From contig CBDDPY010000002.1 in the NCBI GenBank assembly GCA_965232515.1, positions 3,040,001-3,104,000 of the forward strand: a stretch of DNA of 64,000 nucleotides. The letters run 5' to 3'. Below, one piece after another: positions 18,702 through 27,781 of the stretch. The position numbers and the translations under genes are program-made. Positions within the stretch are counted from its first letter, which is position 1; each line of letters begins with the position of its first letter. The DNA is from Alphaproteobacteria bacterium (GTDB taxonomy: Bacteria; Pseudomonadota; Alphaproteobacteria; GCA-2731375). The notes under the pieces were generated by a model, which searched no databases, was not told the origin of the DNA, and saw nothing but the letters and a program-made list of their open reading frames with translations.

Positions 18702-18713
18702 GGAGGACGGATC

Positions 18714-19388
18714 ATGCCTGCCGTCACCGAAGCCGCGCCCGCCTTCGTCGGCAGGCTCGACGTCCGCCGCCACCGCTTCGTCCTGCTGCTGGCATCGCTC
18801 GTGCTGCTGCTGGTGCTGTCGCCGGCGCTGGATGGCAGTCCGGCGGGCAGCCTGCTGATCGCCGTCCTGTTCACGCTCGTGCTGCTCGCCGCGGTGTTCG
18901 CGGCGGGCGGCCGTCGGTCGACGCTGGCCGTCGCACTCGGCTTCGCCGTGCCCTGGCTCTACTTGAGCTGGCTGCATCCGCTCTGGCGGGCCGAGCCCAT
19001 CGACGTGGTCGCGGATCTGCTGCTGATCGGCCTCGCGGCCTACGTGCTCGCCCTGGTGCTGGCGCGCGTGCTGCGGGCGGAACGCATCGGCGTCGACGCC
19101 ATCTGCGGCGCCATCGCCGTCTATCTGCTGACCGGTGTGGTCTGGGCCGTCTGCTACGGCGTCATCGAGGCGCTCGCTCCCGGCTCGTTCCGCCTCGCCG
19201 ACGCGGACGCCGGGATGGTCTGGAACCAGCTCCTCTACTACAGCCTCGTCACCCTCACGACGCTCGGCTACGGCGACATCACCCCGCTCACCGCCGCCGC
19301 CCGCATCTGGTCGGCGCTGGAAGCCGTCACCGGCACCCTCTACCTCGCCGTCCTCATCGCCCGCCTCGTCAGCCTCTACCGCCACTAG
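18714..19388 (+). CDS. Potassium channel family membrane protein
   Basis: Pore motif YYSLVTLTTLGYGDITP with flanking TM helices. Confidence 0.85.
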   Translation: MPAVTEAAPAFVGRLDVRRHRFVLLLASLVLLLVLSPALDGSPAGSLLIAVLFTLVLLAAVFAAGGRRSTLAVALGFAVPWLYLSWLHPLWRAEPIDVVADLLLIGLAAYVLALVLARVLRAERIGVDAICGAIAVYLLTGVVWAVCYGVIEALAPGSFRLADADAGMVWNQLLYYSLVTLTTLGYGDITPLTAAARIWSALEAVTGTLYLAVLIARLVSLYRH

Positions 19389-19435
19389 GACGGCGCGTCA
19401 CAGAATTCCGGTGACAGTAACCATAACTCCGCCGC

Positions 19436-19918
19436 TCAGACGTCCGCCGCTGCGCCGAGGTCGTGATACTGGCTGGAATAGAAGATCAGCGGCTGGGCCT
19501 CGCCGTGGCTGCAGGCCTGGACCGCGCCGATCAAGAGCGTGTGGTCGGCGACGACCATCGATTGCTCGACGGCGCAGTCGAAATAGGCGAGCGCGCCCAC
19601 GAGCTTCGGCATGCCGTCGACATCCTCGAAGTCCGGCGTCAGCCCCGGCACCCGCTTGCCGGCGAAGTGGTTGGAGAGGTCCCGCGCCGAGGCCGGCAGG
19701 ACGTTGACGCCGAACCGGCGGCTGCTCTCGATGGCGCTCAGCGTGCGACCCGTCATCACCGAGACCACCACGGTCGGCGGCGCGAGACTGATTGACGTAA
19801 AGCTGTTCGCCGTCATGCCGGCGATCTGGCCGTCCGGGTTGCGCGAAGTAATGACCGTGACGCCCGTCGTGAACCGCGACATCGCCCGTCGGAACGCCGC
19901 CGGATCGGGATGCCGCAT
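19436..19918 (-). CDS. styB: Flavin reductase (StyB/HpaC-like)
   Basis: FRRAMSRFTTGVTVIT, GMTANSFTSISL.PP, ADHTLLIG.V, PLIF; same operon as the styA-like gene (symbol rests on context). Confidence 0.8.
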   Translation of the reverse strand: MRHPDPAAFRRAMSRFTTGVTVITSRNPDGQIAGMTANSFTSISLAPPTVVVSVMTGRTLSAIESSRRFGVNVLPASARDLSNHFAGKRVPGLTPDFEDVDGMPKLVGALAYFDCAVEQSMVVADHTLLIGAVQACSHGEAQPLIFYSSQYHDLGAAADV

Positions 19919-19922
19919 CGCG

Positions 19923-20219
19923 TTACGCCTCCACCGGAAAATGAAACACCTCGGCGCCGCCGGGCGAATAGTTCGGCACGTCGTCCGCCACCGCGCGCCC
20001 CGCGTCCGACGCCATCGCCGCCCCCAGCGCCGCGCCGTCCTCGAAATAGGCCTGGAAAATGCAGAAAACGTTAACCGGACCCACCGCCTCGGGATAGGCG
20101 AAGTGCATGCGCAGCAGCCCCGGCAGCTTCTCGGCGAGCTTGAGGTGCGTGCCCTCGTAATAGGCCTTGAATGCCGCCGCGTCGTCGGGCCGGGGATAGA
20201 TCACGGTCAGGCAATGCAT
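19923..20219 (-). CDS. EthD family protein
   Basis: V.YP.P.D.AAF..YY...H..LA.KLPGL; F.D..AL.AAM.S..GRAV..DVPNY. Confidence 0.85.
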   Translation of the reverse strand: MHCLTVIYPRPDDAAAFKAYYEGTHLKLAEKLPGLLRMHFAYPEAVGPVNVFCIFQAYFEDGAALGAAMASDAGRAVADDVPNYSPGGAEVFHFPVEA

Positions 20220-20231
20220 CGCGCCGCCCGC

Positions 20232-21470
20232 CTATTCCGCCGCGACGGCGTTCGCCGACGCCCGCTCGATCCAGGCCTGGATGCGCGCCGGCGAGCCGAG
20301 ATTGTCCCACTGCCGCTCAGGCGCGTTGAAGTTCTCGGTGAACTCGTCGCAGAGCGCCTTGTTCTGGCTCATCGCGCCGATCAGCATCTGCAGCGCTTCC
20401 GACGGCGGCTCCATCACCAGGTTGGTCCAGCGCGCCGCGCCCAGCACCCGGTCCTGCCGCTTCCAGTTCACCTTCTCGACGAAGCGCCGGTCCAGCACCG
20501 ACGCCGCGGCGATCTCTTCGCCCAACACGAAGGCCGAGTACGACGCGATGTTGGCGCCCTGCCCGTTCACCGGATCGAGCGTCGCGTGCACGTCGCCGAC
20601 GGCGACGGCGAACCTGCCGTTGTCGAACTCGAATGCGGTCTCCCGCACGGTCGGCGCCACGCCGCCTTGCAGCACGTCGACCGGCTGGCACAGGTCGAAC
20701 CGCGCCGTATCGACCCGGTCGTAGACCGCCGGATGGTGCTTCTCCAGGGCCTCCAAGATCACTTGCAGGAACGCCTTGGGGTCGTCTTCGTATCGCGTGG
20801 TGACCGTCGCCTCCAGTTCGGTGCCGGGGATGTTCTCCATCAGCAGCGCCGTGCCGATGCCGTCGAAGGTGATCGTCGGAATGACGATCAGCTCGCCCAT
20901 TTCAGGCGTCACGGACAGCGTCACGTTCATGGGCTCGGGATGCGCGACGCCCGTATAGAGGCCGACGCAAAGCCGCCGCTGCGGCTGCCGGTAGGGCGAT
21001 TCCGCCGCGTCCAGGCCGAACATTGCCCCCAGCGGCCCCTTGCCCACGGCGACGACCAGCAGGTCGAACCGCTCGGCAAGCGGCTGGATATCGTTCTCCT
21101 CGATCCGGCGGTACTCAATTCGACCGCCGCGATCGGAGAAGTCATTCATCAGCGCCGGCAGGTAGATCCGATAGTCGACGGCCCGCGACGGCTTCTTGAA
21201 GTGGCCCCGAAAATTCAGCGGCTCGGGGAAGTTAAACCAGTGGTCGTGATAGTGGTAATGGTCGGCCATTGCTGGCCAGTGGTTCACGCCCAGCGCGCTC
21301 TCGCGCGTCAGCGTCGTATGGTGGTGCGCCACCGTGTTCAGCAGCCGTGAATCGCGATAGGCGTCCGGTTCCCGGTCCGTGATAACAGTCGCCTCGATCC
21401 CCCGCTGCTGCAGATAGAGCGCCAGGTGCAGCCCGGCGATCCCCGCGCCGACGATCCCGATTTTGTGCAT
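20232..21470 (-). CDS. styA: Styrene/indole monooxygenase oxygenase subunit (group E flavoprotein monooxygenase)
   Basis: KIGIVGAGIAGLHLALYL...RLLNTVAHH, SRAVDYRIY.P.LM, GDVHATLDPVNGQGANIASYSA match StyA; ATG 21470 with GGGAGG RBS. Confidence 0.9.
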   Translation of the reverse strand: MHKIGIVGAGIAGLHLALYLQQRGIEATVITDREPDAYRDSRLLNTVAHHHTTLTRESALGVNHWPAMADHYHYHDHWFNFPEPLNFRGHFKKPSRAVDYRIYLPALMNDFSDRGGRIEYRRIEENDIQPLAERFDLLVVAVGKGPLGAMFGLDAAESPYRQPQRRLCVGLYTGVAHPEPMNVTLSVTPEMGELIVIPTITFDGIGTALLMENIPGTELEATVTTRYEDDPKAFLQVILEALEKHHPAVYDRVDTARFDLCQPVDVLQGGVAPTVRETAFEFDNGRFAVAVGDVHATLDPVNGQGANIASYSAFVLGEEIAAASVLDRRFVEKVNWKRQDRVLGAARWTNLVMEPPSEALQMLIGAMSQNKALCDEFTENFNAPERQWDNLGSPARIQAWIERASANAVAAE

Positions 21471-21551
21471 GAGCGGCCTCCCATCCTTGTTGTTGGCCAA
21501 ACTCTATTGCACGCCCCATTCATTCGGAATAACACTATCCGGATAAGATAA

Positions 21552-21566
21552 ATTCCTGATTGGAAT
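21552..21566. promoter_or_regulatory. Putative LysR binding site ATTCC-N5-GGAAT
   Basis: Dyad containing T-N11-A in the AT-rich divergent styA/lysR region. Confidence 0.55.
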
Positions 21567-21660
21567 ATATCTCCGAGCACCTGAAGCGGGATGGCATTTG
21601 GTGAAAGCAAGCGGACATCGTGACGCCTTTGGCTCCGGCGACATCGCCAACCGATGGCCG

Positions 21661-21791
21661 ATCCTTCGAGACGCGCCCTGGCGGGCGCTCCTCAGGATGA
21701 GGTTTGCGTTTGATATCAGCACCTTACCTCATGCTGAGGAGACCCCGAAGGGGTCGTCTCGAAGCAGGCGATATCGGTTCGCGGCGGCGCC
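21661..21791. repeat. REP doublet, family B copy 1
   Basis: ATCCTTCGAGACGCGCCC..GGGCGCTCCTCAGGATGAGG and inverted CCTCATGCTGAGGAGACCCC..GGGGTCGTCTCGAAGCA; related element inverted at 27436-27596. Confidence 0.75.
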
Positions 21792-21872
21792 ACCAGCAGC
21801 GTTCCGTTACCCGAGCCCGCTTCCCCGCCAACCCATCCCTGCCTGAGCGCACGCAACCAACGGACCGACGCG

Positions 21873-22787
21873 ATGGACCGGATCGACTGCCTCACGGCCT
21901 TCGTGCACGTCCTGGAAAGCGGCAGCTTTTCCGGCGCGGCGCGCCGGCTCGGCACCACCCAGCCGACGATCAGCAAACGCATCGCCATGCTGGAGGGCGA
22001 GTTCGGCGCCAAGCTGTTCCTGCGCTCGACCCGGCGTCTGGTGCCGACATCAGAGGCCGAGCGCGTCTACGAGCAGGCCCGCGCCATCCTCGAGATGTTC
22101 GATTCCGCCCGCGCCAGCGCCCGCGACATCACGCCCCAGCCCGCCGGCACGCTGACCCTGAGCATCCCGTCATCCGTCGGCCGCAACCTGCTGATGCCGC
22201 TCATCGCCGATTTCGGCCGGCAGTACCCGGACGTCGCCCTCGACCTCCGCCTGACCGAGCGCCAGGTGAACCTGGTCGAGGAAGGCGTCGAGCTCGCGCT
22301 GCGCATCGGCGAGCTCAAGGACAGCGCGCTCCGCGCCCGCCCGCTCGGCCGCGTCCGCCGCTTCGCCGTCGCCAGCCCGACATACCTGCACGGTCGCCCG
22401 GCCCCGCGCGATCCCGCCGACCTGGCGGACCATCTCTGCATCGGCTATTCGCGTTTCGCCGAAGCCGTGCAATGGGTGTTCGAGAGCGAGCACGGCCGCC
22501 ACGTCGCCGACGTCGACTGCACGATCAAGCTCGACGACGCCGACGCCATGCAGGCCGCCGTCCGCCAGGGCCTCGGCATCGCCATCCTCCCCATCTGGCT
22601 GGTCACCCCCCTGGTCGCGACCGGCGACCTCGAAATCGTCATGCCCGACCACACCGTCCCCAGCCTCCCCATCCACGCCGTCTACACCGAACCCCGCACG
22701 CTATCGCTCCGCGCCCGCCGCTTCCTGGATCTCCTCATCGACCGCCGCACGATCTTCGAAATCCCGGCGCCGGTCGACGATGTCTGA
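21873..22787 (+). CDS. LysR family regulator (CrgA-like)
   Basis: F..V.E.GSFS.AARRL..TQPTISKRIA.LE..FG.KLF.RSTR; NLVEEG.ELALRIG. Confidence 0.95.
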   Translation: MDRIDCLTAFVHVLESGSFSGAARRLGTTQPTISKRIAMLEGEFGAKLFLRSTRRLVPTSEAERVYEQARAILEMFDSARASARDITPQPAGTLTLSIPSSVGRNLLMPLIADFGRQYPDVALDLRLTERQVNLVEEGVELALRIGELKDSALRARPLGRVRRFAVASPTYLHGRPAPRDPADLADHLCIGYSRFAEAVQWVFESEHGRHVADVDCTIKLDDADAMQAAVRQGLGIAILPIWLVTPLVATGDLEIVMPDHTVPSLPIHAVYTEPRTLSLRARRFLDLLIDRRTIFEIPAPVDDV

Positions 22788-23272
22788 ACGCGAAAGTTTC
22801 AGGAAAAATTTGTTGGTCTCATAGCAGAGGCCACGCGCCAATCGCGGAGTGTTTATGTGGAGAGATTGTTATCCAGAATCGCCAAAAAGTCGTCCCGGAC
22901 ATGACGATGCTGATGCAGGACCTAACAATCCGCATCAATATCGCCGTCTAGACGGACGGAGCCGAGGCAAAACCCGATCCGGAGTCCATATAGATACGAC
23001 CACGCCATTCGAGCAATACGATTGCCGCATGAAACGTACGGACAATCTTGCGCTAGTTCCGTATGCCTCTATCCCGCAATGGTTGCTAGACTGGTGTCAC
23101 TTGAGTTTGTGACTGGACATTGAGCACAGACTAGAGGCGGTCCTGTCCGTGTTGTCGATTGTGAGCTTGAGCGGTACACGGTCGAAACCTTCACGTGTTC
23201 TGCATTGTAGCTATGAACTCCAGTTGAAATTTTACATATATACGCCCTTGGGCAACAAAAGACGAGATAACA

Positions 23273-23983
23273 ATGACTACTCTTGATGAAAATAGCGCAT
23301 ATCATGTTACGAAAGATCATGCAGAAGCTTTTGGCGCTCAGTCAAAATTGAGCAATAGGCTTTGGCTTACGCTAATAATATTGATTTTTTTTGTTGTTTT
23401 ACCCTCCAAGACCAACAATTGCGTTGAACAGGATCACACACTTCCATTTGGTATTGGATGTATTGATGGAGCCTTGTTCGACATCCTATCTTTCTTCATG
23501 TTGGCAGTATTCATGATTTCATTTTGCCAAACACATGCGGGAGTAGTGCTAGCATATAGACGTGCTCATAGCGCTATCAATAGACTAGGAGAGCCGGGAT
23601 CCGATCTGGTTGAAAGCCAGCGTCGATTTTTCGACGCGATGACCACACCATCTTTAAGCCGTGTCGGATCGCTTCCAATCTTGCTTCTCGTGAAATCTGC
23701 CAGCCCCAGCGCACGCAATTCTATTGCTGCCTACTATTATTTGTTTCTAAAAATTTTTGCGACCACAAGTCATCTTGGAATACCAATATTGGCTTTTTCT
23801 TTCGCATGGCAGCGTTTGATATTCAATGCAGCAACCCCAGAGTGGGTTCTATGGTTTGGTACAGCCACTGGCGTGGTTACATTTGTGGCGTCAGTTCAGA
23901 TCTGTATTGCAGAGGTCTCCCAAGTATCGCGCACGTTTCGCAGGTTCATGAGAGGTGAAATTCACCCTGTTGGTGTGGATTGA
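23273..23983 (+). CDS. Hypothetical membrane protein (about 4 TM), AT-rich, probably horizontally acquired
   Basis: 236-aa open frame in visibly AT-rich DNA with four hydrophobic stretches; no family recognised. Confidence 0.65.
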   Translation: MTTLDENSAYHVTKDHAEAFGAQSKLSNRLWLTLIILIFFVVLPSKTNNCVEQDHTLPFGIGCIDGALFDILSFFMLAVFMISFCQTHAGVVLAYRRAHSAINRLGEPGSDLVESQRRFFDAMTTPSLSRVGSLPILLLVKSASPSARNSIAAYYYLFLKIFATTSHLGIPILAFSFAWQRLIFNAATPEWVLWFGTATGVVTFVASVQICIAEVSQVSRTFRRFMRGEIHPVGVD

Positions 23984-24142
23984 TTGGTGGAAACACGGTC
24001 GTGCTGAGCCAGTAGGTCTGCGCTCAGACTGAGTTGGAGCTATCATACCGCAATGCGCAGCCGTATTTTATGACTTTACGGTTGATTACGGTGACAGTGC
24101 ACTTAACACGGGATGTACAGCCGGCTACACACCGGCCGTCAC

Positions 24143-24493
24143 CTACCTTCCATAATGAAACCCTTTGGCCGTGACCAGCCAGTCGCCATCGATGCGATGG
24201 TAGGCCAGGCAGTCGACATAGACCGCCTTGTTGATGCGGACGCGGATCTTGACGAGCGCCTGGTCGTCGGTGGCGAAGTCGATCAGCAGGACCTGTTGCT
24301 CGCGCGGGGCGTTTTGCGATTTCGGTGACGGCTGGCTGCCGAGCGCCTCGCGGTGGGTCGTCGCGGTCAGCATGCGCATCTCGCCGTTGAAGAAGCCGTG
24401 CATTTGCGCGGTGGGTAAGAACACCCGGTCGAAGCGCGACGTGTCGGAGTCGTTTATCAGGTCGAAATCGCGGTCGACGGCGACGAATAGGCC
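24143..24493 (-). pseudogene. 5'-decayed copy of the NTF2-like gene at 25878-26243
   Basis: Collinear DNA similarity over ~340 bp; the frame reads GLFVAVDRDFDLINDSDTSRFDRVF but upstream meets TGA without a start codon. Confidence 0.75.
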
Positions 24494-24752
24494 ACTTTGG
24501 TGACGTGCTTCACATCATGGGGGTGGTTCTGCGCGTTATATGATCGGCTAGGCAGCTGTATGCACGAAAAAGGGCCGTAAGCGGCAGCATTGGCAACCAG
24601 ACGGGACAGCCATGCCGCAAGTGCTCGGATGAACTCAACAGGGATTTTGCCGTCAGCAGCCGACATGGCCGACGCACGGACGGCGGTGCTTTTTGACGGC
24701 GTCGATTGAGACACTTGGGGATATCGCTCCGGCAAGCCTATGGAGGAGCCAG

Positions 24753-25757
24753 ATGTCGATTGCGACTGCGTCCATCAAGGGTCCTGTTGCGGAAAACACC
24801 ACCAGTTCACCACCGCATGACAAAACGGCGGCAATTCACCACAAGAGCGCGCCAGACGGTCGCCCTAAGGCAAAGGAATCGGGCTCTGTACATGATGCAA
24901 GGTTGAGCAAACCGGCGACGTCCACAAAGGCCGGCGGATCTAGCGGCCGCCGCCTCGTCAGCCGGTGGTTTTCGAGTGATCAAGTCTATCCAGACGCCGG
25001 CGAGGCGGTCTCCATCGAAGAAGCGGAAGCGCTGCTGAAATACGTGGCCGAGAAAGGACTGGATCGGCCGGCGAAATTCACGGGCCCATTGCTGAAGGCC
25101 GTAACCGACTGCCGGACAGCAGAGAACGCGAACGCTCGGGTGGCGCACTACCACGATCTCTACAAACACTATTCGGCGCTGACGGCGCAGCCGTTTATCC
25201 CGAGCGGCGTGAACGGTCGAACGATCATCGATACCGAGAACCTGTTCCTCGGCACATTTTGGATTATCGCGTTGGGGCTCGTATTTTTCGTCTGCGGCGT
25301 GGCGATGGAGGTCTTTGGCCTCTATTTCAGAGATGTTACCGAGGTCTCCCAGCCCGGCACGACCGAAGCCGTCCTTTTCAAGGTCCACGAATTTGGCGGC
25401 CGATTTCTGTCTCCGTTTTTCTGGGGCGGCGTCGGAACCTGCGTCTATCTCGCAAAATCACTGTCGGAAAAGGCCAGCAACCAGGCTTTCGACTCGCGCC
25501 GATTGTATGGCCATCGCGCCCGCGTCTTCCTTGGCGCGGTATTCGCGGTGATTGTCGTTGAGATCTTCCAACTACGGCCGGGCGAGATCACGAACGGGAT
25601 AAACATCGCGCCAAACGCGACGGCGTTTCTGTGCGGTTTGGGTGTGAAGGCCGTTTACGCCGCGTTCGAAAAGCTGGTCGATACAATTCACGACCGCATC
25701 AAGGGCATGGGCGCAGGAAGTGCAGCGGCGCCTGTCGTCGTCACGTCGCGCCGATAA
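24753..25757 (+). CDS. Hypothetical membrane protein with soluble N-terminus and C-terminal TM bundle
   Basis: ATG with GGAGGAG RBS; FFWGGVGTCVY...F....RVFLGAVF...AFLCGLG TM pattern; less GC-biased codons. Confidence 0.7.
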   Translation: MSIATASIKGPVAENTTSSPPHDKTAAIHHKSAPDGRPKAKESGSVHDARLSKPATSTKAGGSSGRRLVSRWFSSDQVYPDAGEAVSIEEAEALLKYVAEKGLDRPAKFTGPLLKAVTDCRTAENANARVAHYHDLYKHYSALTAQPFIPSGVNGRTIIDTENLFLGTFWIIALGLVFFVCGVAMEVFGLYFRDVTEVSQPGTTEAVLFKVHEFGGRFLSPFFWGGVGTCVYLAKSLSEKASNQAFDSRRLYGHRARVFLGAVFAVIVVEIFQLRPGEITNGINIAPNATAFLCGLGVKAVYAAFEKLVDTIHDRIKGMGAGSAAAPVVVTSRR

Positions 25758-25877
25758 CCGTCCGGCTCCGGACGACGCCGCGATCGGTCCCGGACGGACC
25801 TCACTCAGTCGACTGGCCGGATTTGCGGTTTGCCGCAAGCCCGGCCAGTCCTGACAGGTTATTCACGTCGGCCCCGC

Positions 25878-26243
25878 TCACGTCCCGCCATGAAACCCCT
25901 TGGCCGTGACAAGCCAGTCGCCGTCGATGCGGTGGTAGGTGAGGTAATCGACGTAGACCGCCTGGTTGATGCGGACGCGGATCTTGACCATGGCCTGGTC
26001 GTCGGTGGCGAAATCGAGCAGCAGGATCTGTTGTTCGCGCGGGGCGTTTTGCGATTTGGGCGACGGTTGGCTCTCGAGCGCTTCGCGGTAGGTCGCGGCG
26101 GTGAGCATGCGCATCTCGCCGTTGAAGAAGCCGTGCAGTTGAGCGGTCGGGCCGAACACCCGGTCGAAGCGCGACGTGTCGGAGTCGTACATCAGGTCGA
26201 AATAGCGGTCGACGGCGGCGAGCAGGCCGGCATGGTCGGTCAT
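25878..26243 (-). CDS. NTF2-like / putative lumazine-binding family protein
   Basis: V.RYFD.MY..D...F.RVF.P.A.L, A.VK.R.....YVDYL...RIDG.W....K.FH. Confidence 0.8.
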   Translation of the reverse strand: MTDHAGLLAAVDRYFDLMYDSDTSRFDRVFGPTAQLHGFFNGEMRMLTAATYREALESQPSPKSQNAPREQQILLLDFATDDQAMVKIRVRINQAVYVDYLTYHRIDGDWLVTAKGFHGGT

Positions 26244-26382
26244 GGCAATCCCCTTCGAAGCAAGCAGTGAACTCGGGCGACAACTATGGCGCGGATATCG
26301 AGGGCGAATCCTTGCGAATTGCATTGGATTCGACGGATAGTGCGCAATCTTCCGCCAAAACTAATCGTGATTTCGGACGGAT

Positions 26383-26880
26383 ATGCCAAAAACTGATCTG
26401 GACGCCATCGACTGCCGCATCGTCGCGGCGCTGCAGGCGGACGCGCGGCTCTCCAACGTCGAGCTCGCCGAGCGGGTCGGGCTCTCGCCCTCGCCCTGCC
26501 TGCGCCGGGTCCGGCGGCTGGAGCGGGACGGCTATATCGATGGCTACCGGGCCATGCTGCCGCGCGGCCGGATCGGCCTCGGCTTCACCGTCTTCGTCGG
26601 CATCAGCATCGACGGGCACGCCGACGACCGGGCCACGGCCTTCGAAGAGGGCGTCACCGCGCTGCCCGAGGTCGTCGCCTGCCACATGGTCTCGGGCGAC
26701 GACGATTACCTGATCGAGGTCGTCGTGCCCGACCTGCAGCACTACCAGCGCTTCCTCGTCGACAAGCTCCTGGAGCTGCCGATCGTCAAATCCGTCCGCA
26801 GCAACATCGCCATCGAAACCCTCAAAGCCGCCGCGCCCCTGCCGCTCGACCACCTGGCCCCGGAATCAACCTCGCGTTAG
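26383..26880 (+). CDS. Lrp/AsnC family regulator
   Basis: LDAID.RI...LQ.DARLSNVELAERVGLSPSPCLRRVRRLE; EVVACHMVSG..DYL. Confidence 0.95.
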   Translation: MPKTDLDAIDCRIVAALQADARLSNVELAERVGLSPSPCLRRVRRLERDGYIDGYRAMLPRGRIGLGFTVFVGISIDGHADDRATAFEEGVTALPEVVACHMVSGDDDYLIEVVVPDLQHYQRFLVDKLLELPIVKSVRSNIAIETLKAAAPLPLDHLAPESTSR

Positions 26881-27040
26881 CCCATCCGCCTTCCGGCACG
26901 CACCTCCGGGGTGCGGCGGCGAAACATTCGCCCCATCGGACGCCATTGTCTGAAATCGGTCATATCCCGGCGACGGCGGCTCATTAGGTAGATGGCGTAC
27001 GTCGATCGAGGGCGTGCGTCACGCGAGCAAAAGCAAGCCG

Positions 27041-27310
27041 ATGATCGAGGTATCCAAACGCTTGGCCGAAATCGCCGAGATCGACGACGAAGCCGAGCAG
27101 AACGAACGCCTGGAGGCGCTCTACGAAGAGCTGGCGGCCGGGCCCTGGCGCAAGGCGCTCGAGGCGCGGGCGGCCGGGAACGCGACAACGCCCGATGTCG
27201 ACGCGTTCTACGCCCGCGCCGAGGAGAAGATGCGCCGATATCTCGAGACCGACGCCGACCCGGACGCGCCGGCGGCCGAGCCGCGTTCTCCAGCGCGCCG
27301 ACACCACTGA
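27041..27310 (+). CDS. Small acidic hypothetical protein
   Basis: Host-like codon usage and helical charged sequence; no family recognised; start uncertain. Confidence 0.45.
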   Translation: MIEVSKRLAEIAEIDDEAEQNERLEALYEELAAGPWRKALEARAAGNATTPDVDAFYARAEEKMRRYLETDADPDAPAAEPRSPARRHH

Positions 27311-27435
27311 TCGCCACCCGAAAAAGCCACGACGTATCGAGCCCCGCCCTGCCGGATCCCGGCAAGGACGGCCGGGGCCGGACGTCGCGCGCCGATCCGG
27401 CGGGCCGCATGCCCGGCCGCGCCGGTGCGGTATCG

Positions 27436-27596
27436 ACGCCGCCGCGAACCGATATCGCCAGTTTCGAGACGGGCCCTGCGGGCCCGCCTCAACATGAGTG
27501 CGTGCATTGATATCGACGCCACACCTCACGCTGCGGCATCGCTGTCGAACCCATCCCTCACCCTGAGGAGGCCGCGCCGCGGCCGTCTCGAAGCGT
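27436..27596. repeat. REP cluster, family B copy 2 (inverted relative to copy 1)
   Basis: CGCCGCCGCGAACCGATATCGCC..TTCGAGACG matches the reverse complement of ~21756-21790; extra unit CCCTCACCCTGAGGAGGCCGC..GCGGCCGTCTCGAAG. Confidence 0.7.
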
Positions 27597-27781
27597 CGGC
27601 CATCGCGCGCCGGTCGGCGCAACCCGATCTTGGACGGCCGCGGCGTCAGCCGCCCGTCAAAACCAACATTTCGACACTTTTAGAAGCATCGAAGCGGCCC
27701 GGATTTCCGCCGATCGTTTTCCTTGACGGTTCCTGTGCATGGGGTTGTTCCGCGATCTCCCCCGCGCCTACCCCCCCTCTA

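Noticed and set aside
22849-23112. Short ORFs in the AT-rich spacer
   Set aside because: No RBS, motif or coherent composition; could be remnants but unsupported
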